DNA of 64,000 nt from assembly GCA_026936335.1 (NCBI GenBank), contig JAPMXV010000013.1:62001-126000 (forward strand), read 5' to 3'. The DNA is from Mantamonas sphyraenae STR306. Lineage: Eukaryota; Protista; CRuMs. The position numbers and the translations under genes are program-made. Of the stretch, positions 46,101-61,100 are shown one piece after another (position 1 is the stretch's first letter; every line of letters begins with the position of its first letter). The notes beneath the pieces were generated by a model. It searched no databases, was not told where the DNA came from, and saw only the letters and a program-made list of their open reading frames with translations.

Positions 46101-49100
46101 GTTGTCGCACGTCACACGCACTCCCTGCGTGCCCTGCATCAACACCACACGTGCCTCCAACTCCACCGTCTCACCCAACGCCACGTCCAATGCACCCGTG
46201 GACGACAGCGTACTGTTCACCTGAGCCACCTCCACAGCCACACTCGACACAAGCGACACGTCCGTGGCCGCCGCCGTGCGTGCGTCAGCACGTCCTCCCG
46301 AGCCCGGATGGCTGTCGTACGCCAGCGTGGCATTGTTGTACACACGCTGGAGGGCATTCACAACCACATCGGGTCGCACGGTGTCGTCCAACACGGCCAA
46401 GAAGCGCACAACGGCACTCTCGCCCAGTGACAAGCTTGCCACACGCCATGACACCGTCCCATTGTTCGACAGCACCACCACACTGGCACTGCCACCCACC
46501 TGGGTCACACTGCCAGCCACCAGAGTCATGGCATCGCTCATGCTGTCGTCAAACACCACATCAAAGGCTGCCGTGGCACTTCCTCCCGCATGGCTCACCG
46601 TGGCCGTGTATGCCAACACATCGCCTGCGTCGCCCTCACTGGCATTCACGCTCAGACCAAAGCTCAGCCTGGGTTCCAACACACGCAACGCCAGCGCCGT
46701 CTTCAGGGTCTGTCCCGCGCCAAAGTCGGCCACACAGCTGCTGTTCAACACACTGCCATTCACATTGCCTCCCACGTCGGCCACAGTGGCGTTGAAGCGC
46801 AACAAAATGGTTTCGTCGCCAGAGGCACCCGTGTTGATCAGAGCCAACGTGCCAAACGCAAAGTCAACCCGCGAGCCGTTGAAGCTCACCGTGGCGTTGG
46901 GTGCAGACACAGTCGCACCGAGGCTATGCACACGTGCATCGCCCACCACCAACTGACCCACAGGCACGTTGCACACCACATGCAGGCTCTGTGTACCCTG
47001 CATCGGGGTGACGGCCAACTGCATCGTCACTGTTTCGCCCACGTTCACATCCACACCCGCTGCACTCTGTGCCACGCTGCTGTACACAGTGCGCATATCG
47101 GACGCAATGGGAGAGACCACATAAATGGGCGTAAGCACAGCCGAGGCGGCGTCGCTGCGTCCACCCGCGTTCGGGTGACTGTCGTACGTCACCGTCGCAT
47201 TGTTGCCCACCACAGAGGCACTGTTGGGAGCCACATACGGTTGCACGGTGTCATCCACACGCACCACATACGTCACCACCCACACATCGCCACGCAGCAG
47301 TTCAGGCAATGTCACGTTGACAACACCACCACTGGCTGCGGCGCCACCACAGATGCCTCTGCCTTGTTGGACGTCACACTGCCACCCACAAGCGTCACTT
47401 GATCCGACACCAGGTCGGTCAGACGCAGAGAGAACGCAGCTGCCACACTGACCCCAGGTACGTGAGACACTGTGGCCGTGATGAGCACGGCATCGTATGC
47501 ATCCGCCTGTGACACATTGCTGCTCAGCGACACCTGTAGCTTGGGCTCCACCACATCCACCAAGCGATGCACTGCCTGTGTGCCATGCACATAATCCACC
47601 ACACAGGACACGTTCAACTGTGTCCCGTTGACGTTGGCCGGCACATCTTGCACACGTGCACGCACATCCAACTCAATGCGATCGGCTTCGCTCACACGGT
47701 TGTCACCCCGGTTGACCACAATGGCACCCAGGGCAAAGTTCACCGCTTCCAACGACGCAGAGGTTGCGTTGCCCAGGGCTCCCACGGCCAAGTCGTGGCC
47801 GCCGATGTTGCTGCCCACAGACGCAACGCGTCCGTCGAGCAACCTCATCTGGCCCGTGCCCTGAGGCAGTGCACACGTCACATTGAGTCCCTGTGTACCT
47901 TCCATCAGCCACACCGAGTAGCGGTACGTCACCACCTCATCGATGCTCACGTCCTGCACCACTGCGTCATGGAATTGCAGGGCATTGCTACTCACAGTGT
48001 GGTTCCACACTTGCAACGTGCTCATCAGGTCAGACACCGCAAAAATGCTGCTGATGCTGGCTTTGGCCTCGTTGCTGCGTCCACCATAGCCCGGGTGGCT
48101 GTCATAACGCACACTCACGTTGTTGTCAATCACCAGCTGGTTGTTGACGACCACGTCTGGCACCACGCTGTCCTGCACGCGACCCACATAGGTCACCGTC
48201 CATGTCTCACCGCGTGGCAAACGCGCCAGTCGCACCTCCACCGTGGTTGTACCACTCACCACCACGGCCTCGTTGCGATCACTTGTCACCGAGCCGGACA
48301 CCAGGGCAAACTTGTCCTCAAACACATCCGACAGCACCACATCGTAGGCATCGCTGCTGCTGCCACCCAGATGGCTCACCGTGCTTGTGAACAGCACCCC
48401 ATCGGCGGCATCGGCCACGGTGGCGTTGGTCACCATGGTCACGTTCAACAACGGCTCCACCAACACCGCCGCCACACTCTGCTGCGTGGCCACCACGCCC
48501 AAGTCGGCATGGCACGCCAGACTCACCAGCGACCCGTTTGTGGTCAATCCGGTGTCTTGCACACGTACGCCCACACGCATCACAAGCGTGTCTTCTGCAT
48601 CGCGCACATTGTCACCCACGTTGGTGAGTACACCCAAGTCAAACACGACACGGTCTCCTGTGGACACCATGCGTGCATGCATCTCGGATGCACTCACACC
48701 CTGCACCTGTGTGCCCACATGCGTCACGTTGGCAAGCTCAAACACAGCCACACTGCCGCCTGCCGTCCAGCACGTCACATTCACACTCTGGCGACCCTCC
48801 ATCAGACCCAGCGTGTACTCTGCCTCGAGCAACTCGCCCACGGCCACCTGCGTTTGCAACACCGTCGACGACACGCTGCTGTTGACAAACACAAGGGTGT
48901 CCGTCACCGTCGACACAAGGGCAATGGGCGCTGCGTCGGTGTGTAGCACATACGCACGAGGTCCATCACTTGCGGGCGCACTCAGATACGCCACCGAGGC
49001 GTTGTTTGCCAACTGCAACCCCGCCGTGGCGCTCGTATTGGCATACACCGTGTCATCCACACGCACCACGTAGCGCACCGTCACAACCTCGCCCAGACGC

Positions 49101-52100
49101 AACACATCGGTACGCACATGGACGCGTGCATCACCAGCCGCGTTACCCACAAGCACATAGGCACCAGCCGACGGCGTCACACTCCCATTCACAAGACTCA
49201 TCTGGTCGTCCAGCACGTCTGTCACGTCCACTTGGTATGCAGGAGCCACACTGGCGCCCGTGTGACTCACCACCACAGTGTACTCCACAAAGTCACCCGC
49301 ATCGGCCGCGCTCACGTTGCGGCTCAGCGCAATGCTCAGCGCAGGCTCGACGATTTCCGCACGCACTCCCGTGGCTGCCAGTTTGGCGTAGCCATAGTCC
49401 ACCTGACACGCAATGGCAAGCTGCGTCGTGTTGACATTCGCTGCCACGTCATCCACATGGGCCACCACGCGCACCAGGATGCGGTCATCACCGTTGCGCA
49501 AGAAATCACCGCGGTTCACAACGTCGCCAAAGTCAAACTCGGCACGCGTTGTGTTGACCAGTGCAGATGCACCCACGACCAACTTGGCAGCGGTCACACG
49601 TGTACCCATGGACACCACGGTGGCGTTGGTGACACTGACGCGCGTGATCATCGGTGTCTCACATGTCAGGTTCAGTGCCTGTGTGCCTTCAACCACATCC
49701 ACCCACGTATCCACGTTGAGATACTCGCCAACGGCCACGTCGATCACACTCGCGTTCAGCTGTGCAGCGGTTGTGTCCACCAGCGACGTCGAAGCAATCG
49801 CACTCGCCGTCTGCATCTGCGACACTGCATCCAGGCTCACTTCGGCCACAACCAATCCCACGCGACCGTCACGCGTCGGGGTGCTGTACCAGGTCGCACT
49901 TGCGTTGCCTCGGATTTGGGCAAGGACGTTGGCGACCACGTCCGGTCGCGCCGTATCACTCACCAGGGCAGCGTACGTCAGGTTGACGCTCATGCCCAGG
50001 GGCAACACCGGCAAGCGCAACACCACTGTGTGGTTGGACGCGTCCAGTGTACCAGATGTCACGGAAACACTGCCAGGGATCAATTGAAGGTCTCCCGGGA
50101 ACAAATTGCTGATGACGAGATCCGACGGTGACGCCGTCGACGTGTTGGTGTGTGCAATGGAGTCGTGGAACAACACCACATCACCGGCATCGGCCACAGT
50201 GACATTGGCTGTGTGTTGCACGGTCAGTGACGCCTGAACCAATTCCACCTCGACTGGCGTGAGCAGAATGCAGCCACTCTCGGTGCCACAGAACGTGGCC
50301 TGGATGCGACCGACCACGCCCTGCGTGTTGGAGAGGACGTCTTCAAAGCGGAGGTCCACCTCGACTGTGACGTCGTCGTCGCTGTTCTTGAAGTTGTCGC
50401 CTCGGTTCACAATCGCACCGAAATCAAACACCGCACTACCAGCAGTAATGGTACCGTTGGAGCCCACCGTAAGGTTGCTGGATGATACTTGTCCACCCAT
50501 GGCAACTACACGTGCTCGAACGACGCCCATCACACCTGCACCCACGCTGTCCACAGAGATGTTGGCCAGCTGCTGAGAGCCTTCAAAGAGGCGCACAGTC
50601 ACGTTGACACTGATAACTTCATGCACAGACAGATCCAACAGAGTAGTGTTGAACTGGGCAGATGTGGTTTGGTCAAACGCTGTTCCGATGACGGCAAACG
50701 AAGGGACGTTCTCAGAAAACACTTGGATGGGTGTGATTGCTGCCCAGTTGCCGTACGAGCGATCCACGCTTCCCTGTGCAGGCAGCGAGTCCCACACAGC
50801 GCTGCTGTTGCTCGCCAGTGTCTGCAGCGGACGCACCGTGTCATCCACACGTGCCACAAGCACCACTGTCACACTCTCGTTGCGCAGGATATCAGACACA
50901 TCCACACGCACCGTCGTGTCACCCACACCGTTGCCTTGTGTCACCGCTCCCTTGCTCGTGCTCACACTGCCGTTCACCAGCGTCATCTGGTCCTCCAGCA
51001 GATCCGTGATCACCACATCGTACGCAACACTCGTCGACGCTGCCGCATGGTCAACCACAATCGTCAGCTCCACAAAGTCACCGGCGTCCACAACGCTCAC
51101 ATTCGCACTCTTGCTCATGTTCAGTGCCGGTTCCACCTTGTCCAGCTTGATCGTCGAGCTCAGGCATCCATACACGAAGCAGCTCGTCGCCGTGGCGTTG
51201 CCACTCACACCGTCCTGGTTCGCAGGCAGATCCACCACACGTCCCACAACCTGCACCATGATCATGTCTGCGTCCGTGGCCACGTTGTCTGCCCGGTTCA
51301 CCACAGTGCCAAAGTCAAACAACGCCCGGTCGACCACACCGTCGCTCAGTGCTGCGTCTGTGTTCACACTCACGTTGCCCACAGCCAGACGCGATGACAC
51401 AACGTTGCTGCCCATGTACACAACCTCGCCACTCACAATCGACAGCTTGCTTGTGCCACTCGGCATGTCCACGGTCACGTTCACGTCCTGTGTGCCCTCA
51501 AACAGACGCACACTTGCGTTGAATGTCACCGTCTCACCCACAGCCAAGTCGCCCACAAACAGATTGTGCTCCTCCGTCTGCGTCGTCGCCTCCGACGTCG
51601 ACACAGCCACAAAGGTCAGTGCGTTGGGCGAGAACACTTGGATGGGTGTGATTGCTGCCCAGTTGCTGTACGAGCGATCCACGCTGCCCTGTGCAGGCAG
51701 CGAGTCCCACACAGCACTGCTGTTGCTCGCCAGTGTCTGCAGCGGACGCACTGTGTCATCCACACGTGCCACCAGCACCACCGTCACACTCTCGTTGCGC
51801 AGGATATCAGACACATCCACACGCACCGTCGTGTCACCCACGCCGTTGCCCTGTGTCACCACTCCCTTGCTCGTGCTCACGCTGCCGTTCACCAGCGTCA
51901 TCTGGTCCTCCAGCAGATCCGTGATCACCACATCGTACGCAACACTCGTCGACGCTGCCGCATGGTCAACCACAATCGTCAGCTCCACAAAGTCACCGGC
52001 GTCCACAACGCTCACATTCGCACTCTTGCTCATGTTCATCACAGGCTCCACAATCGTCACACTTTGCACCTGCTGCTGACACTGATACACGTAGCAGCTG

Positions 52101-55100
52101 CGCACCACAATCGCTTCGTTGTCGCCCAGCTGGTTTGCGGCAACGTCCACAGCACGCACCACAACCTCCACAGTGATGTCATCGCCTGCCGTGTCCACGT
52201 TGTCGCCCACGTTCACCACCGTGCCAAAGTCAAACACAGCACGGTCAGACACACCGTCCACAACAAGCGCATCCGACACCGTAGCCACGCTGCCCACACC
52301 CAGTGTGCTCGACGTCACCTGACCACCCATGCTAATCACACGAGTGCTCACCACGCCCAGACGCACGGCACTCACAGGCATGTCCACAGTCACGTTCACG
52401 TCCTGTGTGCCCTCAAACAGACGCACAGTTGCTGTCAGCACAAGCTCCTCGCCAATGGCAAGCTCACTTGCACTGGTGCTGGCCAGCGACGTGTTGACCA
52501 GCTGCAGTGTCAGTGCGTTGGGTGACAGCACTTGGATGGGTGTGATTGCTGCCCAGTTACTGTACGAGCGATCCACGCTGCCCTGTGCAGGCAGCGAGTC
52601 CCACACAGCGCTGCTGTTGCTCGCCAGTGTCTGCAGCGGACGCACCGTGTCATCCACACGTGCCACCAGCACCACTGTCACACTCTCGTTGCGCAGGATA
52701 TCAGACACATCCACACGCACCGTCGTGTCACCCACGCCGTTGCCCTGTGTCACCACTCCCTTGCTCGTGCTCACACTGCCGTTCACCAGCGTCATCTGGT
52801 CCTCCAGCAGATCCGTGATCACCACATCGTACGCAACACTCGTCGACGCTGCCGCATGGTCAACCACAATCGTCAACTCCACAAAGTCACCGGCGTCCAC
52901 AACGCTCACATTCGCACTCTTGCTCATGTTCAATGCCGGTTCAACCTTGTCCAGCTTGATCGTCGAGCTCAGGCATCCATACACGAAACAGCTCGTCGCC
53001 GTGGCGTTGCCGCTCACGCCGTCTTGGTTCGCAGGCAGATCCACCACACGTCCCACAACCTGCACCATGATCATGTCTGCGTCCGTGGCCACGTTGTCTG
53101 CCCGGTTCACCACAGTGCCAAAGTCAAACAACGCCCGGTCGACCACACCGTCGCTCAGTGCTGCGTCTGTGTTCACACTCACGTTGCCCACAGCCAGACG
53201 CGATGACACAACGTTGCTGCCCATGTACACAACCTCGCCACTCACAATCGACAGCTTGCTTGTGCCACTCGGCATGTCCACGGTCACGTTCACGTCCTGT
53301 GTGTGCCCTCAAACAGACGCACACTTGCGTTGAATGTCACCGTCTCACCCACGGCCAAGTCACCCACAAACAGATTGTGCTCCTCCGTCTGCGTCGTCGC
53401 CTCCGACGTCGACACAGCCACAAAGGCCAGAGTGTTGGGCGAGAACACTTGGATGAGTGTGATTGCTGCCCAGTTGCTGTACGAGCGATCCACGCTGCCC
53501 TGTGCAGGCAGCGAGTCCCACACAGCGCTGCTGTTGCTCGCCAGTGTCTGCAGCGGACGCACTGTGTCATCCACACGTGCCACCAGCACCACTGTCACAC
53601 TCTCGTTGCGCAGGATATCAGACACATCCACACGCACCGTCGTGTCACCCACGCCGTTGCCCTGTGTCACCACTCCCTTGCTCGTGCTCACACTGCCGTT
53701 CACCAGCGTCATCTGGTCCTCCAGCAGATCCGTGATCACCACATCGTACGCAACACTCGTCGACGCTGCCGCATGGTCAACCACAATCGTCAGCTCCACA
53801 AAGTCACCAGCGTCCACAACGCTCACATTCGCACTCTTGCTCATGTTCATCACAGGCTCCACAATCGTCACACTTTGCACCTGCTGCTGGCACTGGTACA
53901 CGTAGCAGCTGCGCACCACAATCGCTTCGTTGTCGCCCAGCTGGTTTGCGGCAACGTCCACAGCACGCACCACAACCTCCACAGTGATGTCATCGCCTGC
54001 CGTGTCCACGTTGTCGCCCACGTTCACCACCGTGCCAAAGTCAAACACAGCACGGTCAGACACACCGTCCACAACAAGCGCATCCGACACCGTAGCCACG
54101 CTGCCCACACCCAGTGTGCTGGACGTCACCTGACCACCCATGCCAATCACACGAGTGCTCACCACGCCCAGACGCACGGCGCTCACAGGCATGTCCACAG
54201 TCACGTTCACGTCCTGTGTACCCTCAAACAGACGCACAGTTGCTGTCAGCACAAGCTCCTCGCCAATGGCAAGCTCACTTGCACTGGTGCTGGCCAGCGA
54301 CGTGTTGACCAGCTGCAGTGTCAGTGCGTTGGGTGACAGCACTTGGATGGGTGTGATTGCTGCCCAGTTGCTGTACGAGCGATCCACGCTGCCCTGTGCA
54401 GGCAGCGAGTCCCACACAGCGCTGCTGTTGCTCGCCAGTGTCTGCAGCGGACGCACCGTGTCATCCACACGTGCCACCAGCACCACTGTCACACTCTCGT
54501 TGCGCAGGATATCAGACACATCCACACGCACCGTCGTGTCACCCACACCGTTGCCTTGTGTCACCACTCCCTTGCTCGTGCTCACACTGCCGTTCACCAG
54601 CGTCATCTGGTCCTCCAGCAGATCCGTGATCACCACATCGTACGCAACACTCGTCGACGCTGCCGCATGGTCAACCACAATCGTCAGCTCCACAAAGTCA
54701 CCGGCGTCCACAACGCTCACATTCGCACTCTTGCTCATGTTCAGTGCCGGTTCCACCTTGTCCAGCTTGATCGTCGAGCTCAGGCATCCATACACAAAAC
54801 AGCTCGTCGCCGTGGCGTTGCCGCTCACACCGTCTTGGTTCGCAGGCAGATCCACCACACGTCCCACAACCTGCACCATGATCATGTCTGCGTCCGTGGC
54901 CACGTTGTCTGCCCGGTTCACCACAGTGCCAAAGTCAAACAACGCCCGGTCGACCACACCGTCGCTCAGTGCTGCGTCTGTGTTCACACTCACGTTGCCC
55001 ACAGCCAGACGCGATGACACAACGTTGCTGCCCATGTACACAACCTCGCCACTCACAATCGACAGCTTGCTTGTGCCACTCGGCATGTCCACGGTCACGT

Positions 55101-58100
55101 TCACGTCCTGTGTGCCCTCAAACAGACGCACACTTGCGTTGAATGTCACCGTCTCACCCACAGCCAAGTCGCCCACAAACAGATTGTGCTCCTCCGTCTG
55201 CGTCGTCGCCTCCGACGTCGACACAGCCACAAAGGTCAGTGCGTTGGGCGAGAACACTTGGATGGGTGTGATTGCTGCCCAGTTGCTGTACGAGCGATCC
55301 ACGCTTCCTTGTGCAGGCAGCGAGTCCCACACAGCGCTGCTGTTACTCGCCAGTGTCTGCAGCGGACGCACCGTGTCATCCACACGTGCCACCAGCACCA
55401 CTGTCACACTCTCGTTGCGCAGGATATCAGACACATCCACACGCACCGTCGTGTCACCCACGCCGTTGCCCTGTGTCACCACTCCCTTGCTCGTGCTCAC
55501 ACTGCCGTTCACCAGCGTCATCTGGTCCTCCAGCAGATCCGTGATCACCACATCGTACGCAACACTCGTCGACGCTGCCGCATGGTCAACCACAATCGTC
55601 AGCTCCACAAAGTCACCAGCGTCCACAACGCTCACATTCGCACTCTTGCTCATGTTCATCACAGGCTCCACAATCGTCACACTTTGCACCTGCTGCTGAC
55701 ACTGGTACACGTAGCAGCTGCGCACCACAATCGCTTCGTTGTCGCCCAGCTGGTTTGCGGCAACGTCCACAGCACGCACCACAACCTCCACAGTGATGTC
55801 ATCGCCTGCCGTGTCCACGTTGTCGCCCACGTTCACCACCGTGCCAAAGTCAAACACAGCACGGTCAGACACACCGTCCACAACAAGCGCATCCGACACC
55901 GTAGCCACGCTGCCCACACCCAGTGTGCTCGACGTCACCTGACCACCCATGCCAATCACACGAGTGCTCACCACGCCCAGACGCACGGCGCTCACAGGCA
56001 TGTCCACAGTCACGTTCACGTCCTGTGTACCCTCAAACAGACGCACAGTTGCTGTCAGCACAAGCTCCTCGCCAATGGCAAGCTCACTTGCACTGGTGCT
56101 GGCCAGCGACGTGTTGACCAGCTGCAGTGTCAGTGCGTTGGGTGACAGCACTTGGATGGGTGTGATTGCTGCCCAGTTACTGTACGAGCGATCCACGCTG
56201 CCCTGTGCAGGCAGCGAGTCCCACACAGCACTGCTGTTGCTCGCCAGTGTCTGCAGCGGACGCACTGTGTCATCCACACGTGCCACCAGCACCACCGTCA
56301 CACTCTCGTTGCGCAGGATATCAGACACATCCACACGCACCGTCGTGTCACCCACGCCGTTGCCCTGTGTCACCACTCCCTTGCTCGTGCTCACACTGCC
56401 GTTCACCAGCGTCATCTGGTCCTCCAGCAGATCCGTGATCACCACATCGTACGCAACACTCGTCGACGCTGCCGCATGGTCAACCACAATCGTCAGCTCC
56501 ACAAAGTCACCAGCGTCCACAACGCTCACATTCGCACTCTTGCTCATGTTCAATGCCGGTTCCACGATGTCCACTGCCGTGTCCACACGGTGCAAGCCGT
56601 ACACGTATCGGAACACGGCTGTGTTTGTCAACGACACACCGTTGACATTGAGAGTCGATTGGGTCACTCTGGAGGTGACCTGCACGCGGATGCGGTCGTC
56701 GTCCGTGACCTGGTTTGTTTCGGCAAAGTTGACGACGGTGCCAAAGTCAAACACCGCAAGGGCGGCACCAGACGTAATGACACCCGCCTGACCAGCAGCC
56801 AAGGCGTTCCCTGTCACATGCGTTCCGACATGAGTCACACGGGCATCTTCAATGGCCAGGTAGCCATCGGGCACTGCAAAAGTGATGTTCACGGGCTGCG
56901 TGCCTTCGATCAGCGTCACGGTAAAGTTGTACGTCACCGTCTCGCCCACAACCAAATCGGGCAGTGTCACGTTGTGCTCTGCTGTGCCACTGCTGGTAAG
57001 AGAAGTGTCCACCAGCGTCAGAGTGGGCACGATGGGCGACACAATTCCGATGGTCAAACTGCTGGATGCGTTCTCGGACCGTCCCAGGTTGCTCGGGTGG
57101 CTGTTCCATGTCACATTGACCGTGTCCTGCAATACCTGCGTGGGCACCACATCCTGGCTCACTCGTGCGCTGTACGTCACCGTCATGATCTGACCCAGAG
57201 GGAGCACATCCACGTACACTCCCATAAAGCCGTCGTTGGAAGTCACAGTGCCATGTGTGGTGGCCACTGTGCCCACACTCATGCCCAAGTTGTCTTCCAA
57301 ACCGTCGAGCAGCACCAACTCGCTCGCCGCTGCCGTCGAGGCACCCGTGTGCGAAACAGTCACCGTGAACAAAATCACATCCGACGCATCGGCCGTCGTG
57401 CGGTTGACCACACTTGCAATCTGCAGCTTCGGCTCGCGCAGCGTGAGTTCCAGCGTGTCGCTGATGTTGCCATACACAAAGTCCAGCAGGACCAGCGGGT
57501 TGAAGCGAACGCCGTCGACGTTGTCGCTCAGGTCCGGCACCACTGTGGTCACTTCCAGACTGATCCTGTCCAGGCCGTCCACAAAGTTGTCGCCCGTATT
57601 CTGCACCACACCCAGGTCGAACACCGCACGGTCGTCCACGCCGTCCGCGTTGCTGTCGCTGACGTTGGCAGATGCACCCACAGCCAGGTTGGATCCACTC
57701 AACAGTGCTCCCAGGTGGGCCACGCGCGTGGACACAATGCGCAGTTTCTCCGGCCCTTTGTCCACAAAGGCCGTTGCGTTCAGGCTTTGCGTACCTTCGA
57801 TGAGGGTAGCGTTGAATCGCAACACCACCGTCTCACCCACGGTCACGTTGAATGCATCTGTGTACGCGTTGCTGGTGCTAAACACACTCAGAAGCGCAGA
57901 GTTGGGTGCGAACACCTTGATGGTGGTCGCACTGTCCGTCTGGCGCTCGCGCGACACGCTCGGCTGCAGGGGCAGACTCTGCCACACCGCCGTCACATTC
58001 ACGTCCAACACTTCGTTGGGCAACACCTCCTGGTTGACCACAGCCATGTACGACACCACAATGGGACCTGAAGAGCGAGGGTAGTGGGCCACATACACGC

Positions 58101-61100
58101 GGACGGTGCTGTTGCCCTCTCCGTTGCCCGTCTGCACTTCGGCCGTCACCGGACCACCACTCACCTGCACACTGCCCACCACAAGCGTCAACTTGTCCCA
58201 CAACAGGTCGGTAAACACAATGTCAAAGGCATCTGCGTCCGAGGCAGCCGTGTGTGCAAGGGTGGCTTCAAAGGCCACCACGTCTGCGCTGTCCACCGCA
58301 CCCACGGTGGCGTTGGAGGACAGGGACGAGTTGAGCAGACTCTCGATGACACTCACCTGCACCGAATCACTAAAGGCGGCGGAGTCGTAGGCGAATCGGC
58401 CTGTTGAGGTCATCACGTTGCCTTGGGCGTTGGCAGCCACATCCTCAAGACGTGCCACCACCTCCACAATCACCTGGTCGCCATTATCCACCACATTGTT
58501 GCCATAGTTGACCAGCGTGCCAAAGTCAAACACCACTGCGTGTGTCTGCTCGCTGCCCGCCTGGCCCACGGCGAACGGCGACCCGGTGATTTGTGCTCCC
58601 ACGTGCAACACCTGCGAACTCACGGTACGCAGCTCGCCCGTGGCCACGTTGGGCAGCGTCACCGTCATGTTGACGCGCTGTGTGCCTTCCGCCAGCGTGG
58701 CCGTCAGGTTGAATGTGACGGTTTCGCCAATGGCGAGGTTGGCACCCGCAGATTCGGGCAGAGACGAGTTGCTCAGCTGCATGGACACACCCAATGGGGC
58801 GCGTGACACACGGCTCACCTCCGCTTGTGTGCTGTTGTACCTATCCACGTCGTCCTGCGCCGGAAACGAATCGAAGCGCAGATGCACGCGTTCCACAAAG
58901 CTCGTGCTGGGCACAATCACCTCGTTGACGCGCAGCACGTAGGTCACCGTCACACTACCACCCAATGGCAGTTCTGTCACGTTGACACGCGCGAGTGTGT
59001 TTCCACCGGCGTTGCCGGATTCGACCGTGCCTGCACTTGTCACCACAGATCCGGCCACCAGCGTCAACTGGTTGTCGTTGTCCTCGCCTGCAGTCCACGA
59101 AAGGTCGAATGCGTTCTGAGTGGACGCAGCGGAGTGCCACACCGTGCTGGTGAACTGAACATAGTCGCCGGCGTCCACATCGGTCACGTTGCACGTCACG
59201 TTGACCAGCAAACGCGGCGACACAACATCTACATCGGCCGTGCGCACGTAGAATCCATACGTGTAACCATAGTTGGCACTGGTTTGCAGTGTGTCACCAG
59301 CCTGGTTCTGCGGCAAGTCCAAAAGACGCGCGGTGACTTGCACGCGGATGCGGTCGTTGTCGTCCACCACGTTGCCCGGGGCGTAGTTTGTCACCGATGG
59401 CCCAAAATCAAAGACAACCACATCCGAGACGCCGTTGCCGGTGGTGTCGTGTGCGGTGCCTGGTTGGCCCAGGGCAAGGGTGTTGCCGCTGATGTGTCCA
59501 CCAACATGTGCCACCGTGCTGCTCACCACACCCAACACACCGACACTGGTGCTGGGCAGCTGCACCGTCACATTGACAGGATGCGTGCCTTCAATCAGCG
59601 TCACCGTAAAGTTGTAGGTGATGGTTTCGCCGATGGCCAAATCGGGATTGCCGCCCACAAATTGGCTGCTGCCCGTCTGTGCCAGAGAGGTGCTGTCCAC
59701 CTCCAACGTCGGTGCCAGGGGCGACACAATGGACGCCGTGGTGCTGGAAGACGAGCTGTTGCTGCGTCCACCCGTGCCTGGCAGCGAGTCGTACGTGACG
59801 TTTGCCGTGGACGGCGCAATCAGCGTAGGGAACACGGTGCTGGCCAGACGGACGGCGTAAGTGATGGTCACCGACTCTGTACGAGCCAGCTCAGCCAGAG
59901 TGACACGCAGAGTTGTGTCGTTGACGTTGTTGCCAGACACCACCACAGCGCTGGGATCGCTGACCTGCACGGTGCCGGGGTTCAAGTCCCAAAACAGCTC
60001 AAGGCCGTCTTGGATGACCACATCGTAGGCATCCGAGGTGGACACACCCGAGTGGCTGACCACCACAGTCATGAGGGCCGTGTCTGCTGCGTCGCCAGAG
60101 GTGAGGTTGGAGGAGAGGACAATGTCCAGCACGGGCTCCACCACATCGATCTCAAACGAACGGGACAGCGTCACACCGCCGTTGTACTGAAAGTTGGCGG
60201 TGAGGGAGAGACGTGTGCCGTCTGTGTTGGACGGAACGTCGGCGAGCAGATGGGTGAACTGCATGCCCAGCTGGTTGTATCCGGGCTCTGTGTTGAACAC
60301 ATTCGTCACCTGTCCGTAGTCAAACACCAGCAACTGTGGGTACACGGTTGCCGGTGAGCCCAGGGGCAGGGACGAGGCGTTGATGCCCGCACCCACCACG
60401 GTGACCAGGCCGCTCTGCGCTTGCAATCCCACCCACGAGTCGACCGTGACGTTGACTGTCTGCGTGCCCTCAATGAGCCCCAGGGTAATGTTCAGCGTCA
60501 TGGTTTCGCCAATGGCCAGGTCCAGCACGGTGGTGTTGTGCTGTTCGGCGGCGGTGGTGTTGAGCGAGGTTGCGTCGAGAAGCAAGTTGGTAAACTCGGG
60601 TTCGCGCACGGCAATGGGCACAATCGATGCAGAGGCGTTGTACAGGCGACCGTCGTACACGGGATAGGACCAGTATGCAAGGGTGGCATTGTCGCCAAAG
60701 ACATCGCGTGGCTGCACGCTCTTGCTCGTCAGCGCCACAAACTGGACGGTAATGGCAGGCGAGGTGAGGTTGAACTCGTCCACACGCACCTCTACGTAGA
60801 CATCGCCTCCGTTGTTGCCAGACACAACAACCGCACCCACCGTGTTGCACACAACGGAGCCCGTGACGAGTTCGAAGCGGTCATCGTACAGCAGCTCGCG
60901 GATGGTCACTTGGAAGGCAGGAGCGTGCGATGCCGGAGCATGGCCCACAGTCACCGTGAATTGCACCGCGTCCTCAGCGTCCACCAACCCAGTGATGTTT
61001 GTGGCTGTGGCCAGAGTCAGGACCGGTTCGACAAAGTCTGCGCGCAAAGTGCGTGAGTCTGTGCCGTTGAGGAAGTTGAGGGCGCCGGTGATGGTCACCC

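Noticed and set aside
41292-46430. 1712-aa plus-strand ORF and many other long plus-strand ORFs over 40-64 kb
   Set aside because: Antisense shadows of the giant gene: GTG-rich codons give His/Thr-rich stop-free frames with no domain signal.
50717-56566. Regular repeats as a CRISPR array or transposon
   Set aside because: Units are 0.9-1.8 kb in-frame coding modules, with no spacers, terminal repeats or transposase.
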